DNA of 63,101 nucleotides, counting the filler, from Jimgerdemannia flammicorona (Eukaryota): the NCBI GenBank assembly GCA_003990765.1. It is 2 parts of 2 records of this genome, joined end to end, with 100 filler letters (N's around TTAATTAATTAA, not from the genome) between each part and the next. Parts side by side here need not be neighbours in the genome. Positions count along the whole stretch, not along the records: positions 31,606 to 63,101 come from RBNJ01000393.1; 1 more part is not named here. One strand, given 5' to 3'. Position numbers and translations under genes: made by a program. Shown piece after piece: positions 52,158 through 63,101 of this stretch; the stretch's first letter is position 1; every line of letters begins with the position of its first letter. The notes beneath the pieces are model-generated. The model made no database searches, had not been told where the DNA came from, and saw only the letters and a list, made by a program, of their open reading frames with translations.

Positions 52158-52945
52158 ATTTCTTTGCAAGTGCGACGCCAGGACAAGCCACAAACTGAAA
52201 ACGGTCAACTAATTAACTATATAATTACGTGATGTCACTCCAGCTCTTTTACTTATTTCTCTCTCTCTCTTCCGAATAGGATGCTAACTCCCAACTCAAT
52301 TGCTTTCTAACATAAAATTAGTTATTGCTTGTTTGAAGAAACCCTTCACTAGTCGGAAGGCTTGGCTGGTATACCCATCCGTTGAAATCCCCAGTTGCAA
52401 CAAATCCGAGCCTCTGGCATTTAACATTGACGTCAACCGTTGTTGGTGTGCAATGGATTTTTCCCATTTTTTATTGCATTATTGTGCCGATGTTTAATTC
52501 ACACCTTATTTGCTAGCACGAAGCGACCCCATTTCAGAGCTCCAACAGCAATCAAAACCTGTTCCTCGCACACAAGTTCGGTGATTCGTACATGTGTTTT
52601 TTTCTCTCTTCTATTTGGCGCTGGCCCCTTCACCGTGCTTATACATGCTTTCTATTTTCGTCTCCAGTTTATCATAAAGTGAGGTCGATATTTAAATCCT
52701 GCACTGAAGCATGGTTATTAATGGCTCTGAACTCGTAACCCTTTCGGTGCGCGCCAAAAGATCAGAGGATGAACATTACGTTTCCAATTATGCGCACCTG
52801 ATGTTAGGCAACACTTCCAGTAACAGGCTAGTGGATACCAAAGCGGTAATCAGTGGTGCCGACCACAGCGATCCGTGCTTATGTGACTGTTATGCTCAAG
52901 GGTGAAATACAAATTCGTCCCTTCAAAAGCATCTCAAAACCAGTC

Positions 52946-54225
52946 ATGGGCAAATTCTCTGCCTTCGATTTCGTCAAGAGTCAATGGGAGTCCCTTTCGT
53001 TCGAACCCCAGGATCTCTCCGGGAAAGTCATCATCGTCACCGGTTCTAACGTTGGTATGTGCTCAAACCACATTCGACACCACCTTCTGCGCATTCTTGC
53101 TCAATGGTCTCACGACACAGCAAAAAAAAAAATTCTTCACAGGCATCGGCTACGAAACCGCCAAGGCCCTCGCGAAAATGAAACCGGCCAAGCTCATCCT
53201 CGCCTGCCGCAACGCCGGCAAGGCCAAGAAGGCCGCCAGCGAGATCAAGGCCGCCACAGGGTTCCAAGACATCGAGCCGTGGGACCTGGACCTGGCATCC
53301 TTCGCTTCCGTCCGCGCATTTGCGAGGCGCTTTGACGAGTCAGGGCTCCAACTCCATGTTCTTCTCAACAATGCCGCCGTAGTTATGCCCCCTGAATTCA
53401 GGACGGGTGACGGGTTTGAAACCACGTGAGTTTGGATGATAGAGGTCGTACATCCGAGTTGTCTATTGTAAAGAGGGAAGAGAGCAATCTCTTCCCCCCC
53501 TTCCGACAATGTTCGCTCACACAGTAATTGCTTTTCCTCATACACGCAGTCTTCAAGTCAACCATCTCTCCACAATGCTCCTCACACTCCTTTTGCTCCC
53601 CGCCATCCGCCGCACTGCCGCATCACCTACCTGGGCTCCTCGAATTATTCTGCTGGCCTCCGAAAGTGAGTACTTTTACAATCGCTTCTCTTTTCATCAT
53701 AACTCTCAACATCCTCCTTCACACATTGCCGGCTGATCCCGCACAGTGCACTTCTGGATGGCCCTCCCTGAACGCACGGCGCCCAACCTCCTCACCGCCC
53801 TCAACGACTGCACGGCCTTCGATACGGGAAAACTCTACGGGGTGACCAAACTCTTCAACGTCCTCTTCGTGCAGGAGCTCGCGCGCCGTCTCGCCCGCTC
53901 GCCCCTGCCCGGGGACCGGTCCATCGTCGTCTCCTCGCTCAACCCGGGTCTCACCAACAGCGGTCTTGGTGGCGGCAGCTTGAGGTTCATTATAATGAAG
54001 TTCTTCTTTGCAAGGTCCGTCGAGAAGGGCGCCACCACTTCTGTCTACGTCGCCACCGCGCCAGAGGTCGCGAAGTTAACGCCGTATGGCAGGTATTATA
54101 GCAATTGTAAGGCGGAGGAGGCGGCCGAATTGACGTTGGGCGTGGAGGGGGAGGAGTTGGCGGGGAGGTTGTGGAGGGAGAGTTTGGAGGTTATCGGAAT
54201 AACGGATGCCGACGTAAAGTTGTGA
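52946..54225 (+). CDS. Short-chain dehydrogenase/reductase (retinol-dehydrogenase/WWOX-like)
   Basis: Exons 52946-53054, 53143-53425, 53550-53665 and 53747-54225. Motifs TGSNVGIG, LDLAS, LLNNAA, QVNHL, YGVTK and NPG. Confidence 0.93.
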
Positions 54226-54699
54226 GCGCGGGGTGATTGAGGCGTGTGGGTGCTGTCAGGTTTATTCAATTCATTAGCATATGAACGAATGTAACATTTG
54301 GCCAATTTGGTTTGCAATCGTGAAAGAACGATGTGTGAATGTATGGTGTCTAATAATAATCTCAACTATATAGTTAATCATCAATTCCCAGAGTGTGTCG
54401 CCTGAAGCAGTGTTTGGGATCTTGAGTAATGTACCTCCATATGTGCCGCCGTTCTCTGTCGGAAATGCAACCACGAGTACCGATTGATTCTCACGACCCA
54501 GTAGTATCTCTTTACCACTCTTCAGCATGCGGCCCCTCACTTTGTGCTGACATCATTAGTCATGCCCTTTCCTCCCCATTGCCGACCTCTCCTCATTTGA
54601 AAAACAATCACGAGCAGATGATCAGAGAGAAATGTTTATGTTAGAGATCAGTGGAGCAATAATAAATAAAGACCCTACACATTAACTCCCAAAGCCCAA

Positions 54700-56510
54700 T
54701 CACGTCGGCTCTAGCCCCCAAATATTCGCACATTCGGCCTTATGCCTTCCCTTCCAATCAGCTTTTTGGCACTCCCTCGAGCAATAAATCCTAAGCTTAC
54801 AATTCGCGCACTTTTTAAACTGCCCCTTGACCTTCTCGACCCTCCCACACCCATTATCGCACGAGGCTAATCCCAATGCCGCGGCTCTCAACTCCCCCGG
54901 CCCCGCTACAAGCGCGTCTGACAATTCACTCCCACCTTTGACATCAAGTTGCTCCATCTTACTCACGATCTCAGTGGTGCGCATCTCGAGCTTGCCGCGC
55001 AGCACGCGAACGAGATACGTGTACGCCTGCTGGTCCCCGTGGATGAGCGCTAGCTCAAGGTACGACTGCGACTTATCCAGGTCGTACACATCGTAGTCAC
55101 GCGACGCGTACACAATTCCCAGCAGGCACAGCGCATCTGCGTCACCTAGCGTCCCAGCCGTGCCTAGGTAACCCAGCCCCGTCTCGCGGCATTGGTCAAC
55201 GTCGAGCCCCGCTGGTTCGGCGAGATCTGGTTGGGAGTTCACGAGGAGGTGGTACCGACCTAAGGAGTTGGCGGAGGCGGCGTAGTCCCAGGCCACGGCT
55301 TGGCGGAAATAGGAGAGCGCGCGCTTGATGTCCGTAGGAAGATCCGGACTGCCTTCTTGGTAGAGAATGGCGAGGTTATGGGCGGAGTCGGGGAAGCCTG
55401 TGGTGGAGGTTTAGGGGTGGGGATTAGGATAGCGATTGTATGTACATGACGCACGCGATGAAAAGTCTGTTAAGTAAGGTTGGCTTCACGTTTACCTTGG
55501 TCGTATGCCTTCTCGTACCAAACTACTGCTTCTGGGATATTCTTGTCATAACCGTACCCAGTGTCGAGAAAATAGGCAACTTTGTGTTGCGCCATCTGGA
55601 ACACGGGCAAGTCAAACCGGATCGTCAGCCTCAACATTAAGCAGAATAACATGGACAATCCGCAACAAGAATATATAACCCCACCTCACCCAAATAAACA
55701 CAAGCTCCTACCGGATTTCCCATTTCCGCCGCAACCTTGTACCAGTCGAAAGCAACCTTCTTTGGATCCAAGCCCGGACAATTCGCCCCCGCCGCATGCT
55801 TATCCTCCTGCACGTAGAAGGACCCGAGCTGTGCGGCGGCCATAGAGAATCCGTGCTCGTTCAAGGCGCGCTCGTAGAACTTCTTGGCGTTCTCAAAGTT
55901 GGGGGATGCCAAAGGAGAGAGGTTGGCGCCCTCGCGCGCTTGGCTGTCGCGCACGCGGCCGTATAGCAGGCTCGCCATGAGGAGGTCCTTGGTGGTCGCG
56001 TTCTCGTCGAGCGTGAGCTCTGCGACCACCAACTCCACGTCCATGTCGCAGGCTCGGAGGCGTGAGATCGCTTCGCTTTGCACCGCAACCAGCATCTCGT
56101 ATTCACGCAGGTAAACCGCAGGGGCGCGCTCTAGCTAGTGGTTGGCAGTGGTTGGCCAGGGGTTATCAGTGTGCGCGATGACGACGAACGGAATGGTGGA
56201 TTTGGCAACAAAGAATGGGAATGTATCGTGTTACCTTCTTCCCAATGGTGTTCCTCTTTTCGCTCGCTTCGGCCATCTGTGCAGCAGCCATGGGGAACAC
56301 GGTTGGGACAGCGGAGGCAAAGTTTGGGTTAAGCTCGTTGTAGAGGGCAAGCAGCAGTTCACATTGAGGTAGGGTTAAGCCCAGGAACGGCTCGATAGCT
56401 ATGGGCGCTGCGGCATCGTCGACTGGCATGATGGCATGTTCATGGTCATGATAATGATGGGGGTGGTTGTGGTGTTGGTGGTGCTGCTTGTTCTTGTTCT
56501 TTTTTGGCAT
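54700..56510 (-). CDS. Sel1-like repeat protein with C-terminal MYND zinc finger (spliced)
   Basis: His-rich N-terminus. Sel1 motifs AFDWYKVAAEMGN and KNIPEAVVWYEKAYDQG. MYND motif CDNGC..KKCANCK..YCSRECQKADWK.RHKAEC. Confidence 0.88.
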
Positions 56511-56624
56511 TGCAAATGAAAAGAGGAGCAGGAGGAGGGCAAGATGTGTAACATTCCATTCGATCTATAGGTAGCCAAGCCACCGTCAGTCGCACGAATT
56601 TATTTTCAAAAAGTAGTAGACCCA

Positions 56625-57470
56625 TCACAATATGTTGATGTTCCCGCCCCGCCTATAATGCTCGAGCATCCGTCGCGCCTTCCGCCTCAGCGCCTCGTCC
56701 TTGTCGTTCCGGAACCGCTCAATCACGCCAATCACCTCCTCCTCCATCGCCCGCGGCGACCCGTCGCACATTGTGTGGAAGATCGCCTTGCGGATCTTGA
56801 CGTCCGGGTCCTCCGCCAACTCCATCAGTCGCTGCCATACCGTCTCGTGCGTCTTCTGCAGTTGGCACGGGCATAGCGCGTGGATAGCCTCGTCGCGAAT
56901 CCGCGGGTCGGCGTCATATGTCAGGTCTAGCCAGAGATCGATATTCGGCTGCCGTTGTCGACCTTCTTTCTTGCGTCGCTTGATGGCGTCGTATAGCACT
57001 GGGTGCGATGGCAGTTATGGGAAGGTTAGATTAGCATGTATGAAGGGGCAATGTAAGGCCAGCTCACTTCACCTATCACTAGAATTATTTTTATGAATAA
57101 AATACGTACGAGTCTTGTTCAATCCATCCTTCCAGAACGGCATATCTTCCTTTACATCGCACGCCAGCACGTCTTCTTCATCCTCAGAAGCCTCCGAGCC
57201 ATTCACCTCAATCTCTGGTACCGCTTTCGCTCGCAATCCCAATCCTTCTACACCGTCGAGCCCGTCGTAAAATTGGTCTAGCGCGGCATCATCGTTTACG
57301 CCGGCGTCCCTCAGTACTTGTTCGGTAGCCTCGCGCACGTCCTCTACGTCTACGAATGGCGTGTCCGGTGAGGAAAGGATGAGCGATAGGTATTCTTCAA
57401 TGTTGAAGTCGATCTCGATGCCAGCGGCAGCGAGGCGTTGGGAGAAAACGGCGGGGAGGGCGAAGGACAT
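56625..57470 (-). CDS. HEAT-repeat protein with LCPC/CDGSP motifs (two exons: 57470-57110, 56998-56625)
   Basis: Repeats DADPRIRDEAIHAL, EDPDVKIRKAIFHTM and NDKDEALRRKARRML. A GTACGT...ctaac...CAG intron joins the frames. Confidence 0.8.
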
Positions 57471-58092
57471 GGTTGGTTACACGCACGAGTTGGCTGGCTG
57501 GCTGGCTGGCTAGCTGGTTAGGCTGGACGTTCCAAGATTGTTTGCTTGGAAGATTGTTTGCTTGGTGAATAACTTGGACATTTGTGACAGGGTTTTATAG
57601 ACTTTTGATCGAGAGACTGCGGCACCCCGTGCTTTACCGCAGCAAGGGTGACTTGTGGCGCAACAGGCGGCTAGGCACGTGGGGCGTTATAGAAGTATCC
57701 ACAGATTGTGACAGGTGTAAAATGGGACTCAGTTATAATATTTCCAAGTCGCAGTTATAATACTCCTAAATCGCCTCCACCTCATTTACCTCCAGAGTTT
57801 AATGCCGAACCTTATTCTTAATCTTGGGATATAATATATCGTACAAACAGAGGACAAGATCCACGGCTGCTGAGGTGAGCCCACTACATAAGCACGGCTA
57901 TGGACATAAATGGCTTATACATGTCGTACACCTGTCAAATGGAGTCGTACCAACGTGATATCACCCGTGAGAAGCGCGTCAGATCTGGCGAAGAAAATCT
58001 GTAAATCTCTGTATTAGTATTACAACCTTTTTTTTTTTTTTTTTTTATAAATGGGCTCGTCCGAAATACCGCTACCACCCCCAAGAATCACC

Positions 58093-59753
58093 ATGCCCGT
58101 CAACTTTTACGGCCTGTCCGTCTACAGGCAGTTTTACATGCAGACCATCTGCGTTTTCCTCGTCCTGACCGCCCTCATCGTCGTCCCTACCTCTGCCCAG
58201 CAGAACTCCCAACAATGTGTCACGACCTATAACGCCCAGACTGATTACTTCCCGGCCAAGATCCATGGTAAGTCGAAACGTGGCCGGAGATCTTCTTTTC
58301 GTTCAAGAAAAAAAAAACCCCCCCGCTTCTGACACCCCCTCAACCCTTTCCCACCAGTTGACAATGCAACCCTCTTCGCAATCCAATACTTCAACAACTA
58401 CAAGCTCGTCAGCAACAAGATGACCAACGAGATCTTCGCCCTCTACCAGTGTGGCACCCCGGCCCCGACCAACCTGCCCAACGGCACCAAGGTCTTCGCC
58501 GTCCCCGTCGCCAAGGTCGCCACCCTCCAGACCAGCAGTAACACCTACTTGGAGGCACTCGGCGTCGGCGCCAAGATCGTGGCCCTCTCCGTAGAGCAGG
58601 ACGTTTCCTCCCCTTGCCTCCAGAAGGGTCTGGCCAATAATTCTATCATCCAGATCTCCTCCTCCAACGCCACATTCATGGCGCAGACCCTCGCGCAAAT
58701 GGACGTCGTGTTTGGTTCTCCTTCTGCCAGTACCTCGAATAACACTGTGAGCGACAATGAGGTCAATGATCCCGGAACCCTGAACGTAGGTCTTGGTGTT
58801 TTTGTTTGTGCGGTTCTCTGGTGAAACACTACATTGTGTAAATCGAGACAATGATATTAACGTGTTCCGTCGCAATATCCAGCGCGCCGAATGGGTCGAG
58901 TTCTACTCCACCTGGTTCAACCTCGAGGACAGTGGCAACAAAATCAGCGCCAGCATCAACGACAACTACAACTGTCTCAGGCGCGCCGCTGCCAACATCA
59001 ACGGCAACAAGCCTATTGTTTCGTGGGTCAGCTACAGTGCCCCTTCCGAATACACAAACAACACCCCGTCGTGGGACATCAGCACAGTCAACTTCAAGAT
59101 GCAGCTCACCGCTGATGCTGGTACGTATTGTTCTTTGTGATCGAGGCTTCGGCGTTTTTTCACACGTATTCCCTCGATGCTTACCCTCCGTACTCAAATC
59201 ATCCTGCCGCCTTCCCACTTCAGGCGCCATCTTCTTCGCCCCTAACACCACTAAATTCAGCACCTCCAAGGATTTCCTCGCCGCAATCCAGAACGTCGAC
59301 GTGATTATCGATGAAACCTACCTCGCCCCGACCCTCAACGACGTCCTCTCTAACTTTGGCATCACCAACGCCACGGCCTCTACCTACCGCTTCGTCGCCA
59401 ACCAGGCCATCTTCCGCGAGGACGGCATCCAAACCGTCGCTGGCGGCCGGGACTGGTACGAGTCCGCCGTTATCTTTGACGACGCCGTCCTCGCTGACGT
59501 CATTGCCGCCGTCTGGCCCGGCTACCCGACCACCGGCTACCAGCGCTCCTGGCTCCGCAACGTCGCGAAGGGCGAGACCCCTAAGATTTCCACCGCCGCC
59601 AACTGCACCGGCTCAGTCTCCACCCCACGCACCGATCCGGCTTTCGCCTGCTCTGGAAACTTTGCTGCTAAGAGTGGTGCTTCGAGCGTGCAGGCATTCG
59701 GCGGATTCGTCGTCACCCTTATGGCTGTTGCCGCTGCGGTTTTGATGGCTTAG
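58093..59753 (+). CDS. Secreted, probably GPI-anchored periplasmic-binding-protein-fold protein, CBA1 (cobalamin acquisition)-like
   Basis: Exons 58093(or 58138)-58267, 58358-58785, 58883-59120 and 59224-59753. Signal peptide. Motifs DYFPAK, YKLVSN, LYQCGT, RAEWVEF..WFNLE, DVIIDET, DWYESAV..D.VL.D and WLRN. Hydrophobic C-terminus after KSGASS. Confidence 0.75.
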
Positions 59754-60355
59754 ATGTCTTTGCGTTGCCGTCTGCATGGATTGTTCTATGCGTCATGTAC
59801 CACATTTTAATTGGTGGATAATACCACAATAATTTAGCTACCATTATATCCTGGTGATGTTTTTAACGAGAACCCCGTTTCATTGAGTCGAATTTGACAT
59901 TATGCGCGCAACCAGTAATGGTTTTAAAATGGCGAGGATTGTGACAACGAAAGGAACGACGCCAGCATGTGAAGTGATTACATACATGAATCACCCCTTT
60001 ATCTCATACGTCTTTGTCTCCTTTGACGCCTTATCTCGACATATGTGGAGCATATGTTTATAAAAAAGCGAATGCTGGAGGCATGCACTGTTTCGTAAAT
60101 AACATGTGGCCGATCCAAAGCATAATAGATGTCAATCCAGGTTTCAAAATGCATTGTGTCGCGGATCCTCCTGTGCAAACAGGAACATGTATTGTTAAAC
60201 GCCCAGGACGCAACACTTTGTCCATTTCTGCAGAACGATTGCCGCTGTCCTGTTCATCCTCCACAAGTTGCATTTCCATACCCATGTAATTACGTTATAG
60301 CCCATCGTCGGCTGGGTGCGCTCGTCCTTTTCGCCAAACCCTTCACTCTAATACC

Positions 60356-62533
60356 GTGCACGCATTCAAAGGCATGGCCCCGTGCCTCGCACACCTACAA
60401 AACATCGACCACCCGTGCTCCATAGCGCGACCACCAGCACCCGGAGCCCCTCGCGACAAAGGCGTCGTCCTCACCCCGCACGAACCGAAAACGGCCGTCA
60501 TCCGCGCTTGGCTCGATGGGACGGACAGTAACGCGGTCGGCGACGTCTCTGCGCACGCAACGATATGCTCGGCGCTCTACCTCGATATCATGCGTCAGAC
60601 CGCCCCCGGCCAAGAAAACTCCGCCATCCCCACCCCGCCCAGAGCCGACACCCCCTGGGACTTCCGCGCCGCCGCCGTCGACCCGCTGGCTTACATCGAC
60701 GAGCGGTACGAGGTCGGCGCAATCGGCGAACGGGTTCGCATGACCGTCGCTCTGCTTGAGGAGGCCTTGGCGCCATTGGAGACGGACGGCGGCGCAAAGT
60801 ACCGCGTCCAGCTTCACATCGTCAACTTGCTCAGTTTTGTGTGGCACAATCAGTGCGAGTTCCCGGACTGGGCTATGCAGTGGTTGTTTCCCCTGTATAC
60901 CCCCCCGCCCCTGGATGACAATGTCCCCGTGCCCAAGTTCTTGAAGAAGGTTCCTAACTTTGTGGTGCTGGCGCAGAGATTGATACCGAGTCTTGTTTAT
61001 CAATTCTCGGGTACGATTGGAAGTGCTTGCCATATTTAGGCGCAAGCCTGGTTCACGTTTATAAATGCTAATGGATGATGTCTGCCCATTATTTTTACAG
61101 ATGAAGCACACGCGCTTTCAGTAGATGAGGGTAATTTTATTTTATTTTATTTTGCACACTTTGATGGATTGTCAGACAAGAAGCTTTCCAAAAATATCAT
61201 GTTTTAACGTCAGAGAAAACAAAATATACTCGTTGTAGTTCAAGGTTTTGCCAATGCCGAATCAGTACCGAACCTCGACCTCCTCGCTTCATCAACGCCC
61301 GCGCAGGACCTCTTATCCGCTCGCCTCGTCACCATCCTGCTCTATGCGCTTCGTGAGATCCCTCCATCGACCAAAGACTCCAAAAATCTGAAATGCGCCG
61401 AGGAGATCCTCAACACTCTAGACGTTTGCCTCGCGAGCCTGGAGAGCAAAGGCGGCATATTCTTCGGCCTCGTCGCCGCTTTCGTCGTCCAGGCTGACGC
61501 GATCGGATTTATACTAGCCTGGACCACGTCGGCGGCGGCTCCCCAAATGGCACCCGTTTGCTGCAAGATTCTCGGCACTCTCCATAGCCTCTTTGAATTG
61601 TTGGAGCTGAAGTCGATGAAGGATCAGCTCGTGCAGCAGTTGCGCGCAAGATCCGCAAAGATTGCGTCCATCATCGTGAGGCTCCAGCGGTGCGACCAGT
61701 TTCTCACCGTGATTGTGCCCCTCGCTAGACTCGGTGCCAGGCTGGGACCGGTGCAGGGTGACCTTAAGAAGGATTTCTTTGATGCCTGCTACAAGTTGGG
61801 AACCAACTTCCTAACCAAATTCAAAACCGATCTCGAAAAGGCCAACATCAAGGCGCTTAAGGACCGCAAACTCTCATTCCGGTCATCGCGAGTGATGTGC
61901 ACGCAGATGCGGATGTTACTCAGAACACTGCAAAAGCTGGAGCCATCCAGCGTGGGCCAAGCGTACGAATCCGTAGAGATTCGAGCTGTACAAGATCAAA
62001 TCGCAAACATGGAATCTTCTGACATCATCCCAGCGACCACACGTCTCACGCTCGGCGAACGACAACGCTACGCCGGACTGCCATTCGACCAGGCCCTCAA
62101 ATCAATAGAGTCCAACGCGCTGGTCGCCAAGTGGAAGTCGCGATTCGCGGCCCCGGTGAGCAAGAGCAAGCACGACGCGTTCTACGATCTCGTCACAGAC
62201 GATCGCGGGATTCTCGAGCGGGTCATGACGATGGGCGACACCGAGCTCGATACGTTGGCAGGCGATATTGTCGCCGCGGCGGGCGTGCAGCCCATGTCAC
62301 TCAAGATGCTCGAGGGCGTGGATGAGAACGAGCTGGTGGACAGAGTGATGGCTGAGTGTCTCGAATCCTTCTTCCGAACTGTGCAGTCCGTCCCCACGAT
62401 TGATCCTGCGTATCTCAGGAAATTCGTGCCGTGGGTTTTATGCGAGGCTGTAATGCTTTCGGAGAAATCCGGGACGGATGCGACGAATAAGCCAGTTGCG
62501 AATAGGAGATCGTCCAAGTGTGTAATATATTAG
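60356..62533 (+). CDS. Hypothetical, largely helical protein (spliced; start uncertain)
   Basis: Long GC-rich ORFs 60356-61039 and ~61240-62533 are separated by AT-rich intron-like segments. No motif recognised. Confidence 0.55.
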
Positions 62534-62654
62534 ACGAAATTCTTTTGAGTGTTGATCACTGTCAGTAGGGATTGGACACTGTCAGCGGAAGTTGCATAGA
62601 CCAAGGATCGATATTCAATGTTGGTAGACACCATCATTGCTCTTCGTATCCTCC

Positions 62655-62705
<51 letters not shown>

Positions 62706-63101
62706 AATCTTGTAAATGCGACCACCAACATTCTAAAAAAAAATAAAATGACAAAAAACGCCACTGCTAAGTCCACGGCGTACAGACGACGCAAGTTGAC
62801 AATGTCCACTATTCCCAGGAAAACAAGGGGTTAAATACCCAAACACGTTCAATCCGGGAACCAGGTTCTGGGAAATGTGTGTGATTGGAATATCTTCAAT
62901 TAACAACGAATGAACCCGCCGTCGCGATGGAATATATGTTTTTTTTTTTTTTGAAAAGTGGCCACCGCTCAATGATTTGTGGCTAATAATGGCTAACGTA
63001 TATACACGTGACATAACACAAACGTCCACACAAGAAGGCCACACAACAGAACTATGCAAGAGCTGCCAAGCTGACCAAGTTCTGTTTTTTTTTTTTTTTT
63101 T

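Noticed and set aside
62530..62834. Poly-Lys and poly-Phe ORFs
   Set aside because: Artefacts of a ~48-nt poly-T homopolymer.

Overview
This is eukaryotic DNA from a fungus, most consistent with an early-diverging (Mucoromycota/Endogonales-like) species; that assignment is inference from gene content, short GT-AG introns and long homopolymers. Bases 1-3.5 kb hold a small secreted CBM52-type Cys-rich protein and a broken RING-H2 fragment. Bases 3485-46754 are a ~43 kb nest of C>T-hypermutated Ty3/Gypsy LTR retrotransposons. Element A (3485-11086) has gag, PR, Zn modules and dUTPase but no RT/IN. Element B (12631-25549) is a full-length non-chromovirus with dUTPase after PR. Family C is a chromovirus with dUTPase before PR, present as one near-complete copy, a 3' half copy, two solo LTRs and a chimeric LTR. 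Older relics D, E and F lie between them, and an artificial N-TTAATTAATTAA-N linker sits at 31506-31605. Bases 46.9-62.5 kb are CpG-rich host genes: IML1/DEPDC5, an SDR, a Sel1-MYND protein, a CPC/CDGSP HEAT protein, a GPI-type periplasmic-binding-fold (CBA1-like) protein and a hypothetical protein. Main finding: all six retroelement types appear to carry the same uncharacterised accessory protein ('ORF X': Y-x-(I/L)-G-x-x-L, then 25-30 aa, then R/K-x-(Y/H)-x-(I/L)-F, then an acidic tail). It lies inside the U3 of the LTR in B and C and probably in E and F, downstream of pol in D, and fused to the polyprotein after dUTPase in A. A, B and C also carry dUTPases and a shared C-x-H-x(n)-C-x2-C module. 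All translations and alignments were done by eye; no database search was possible.
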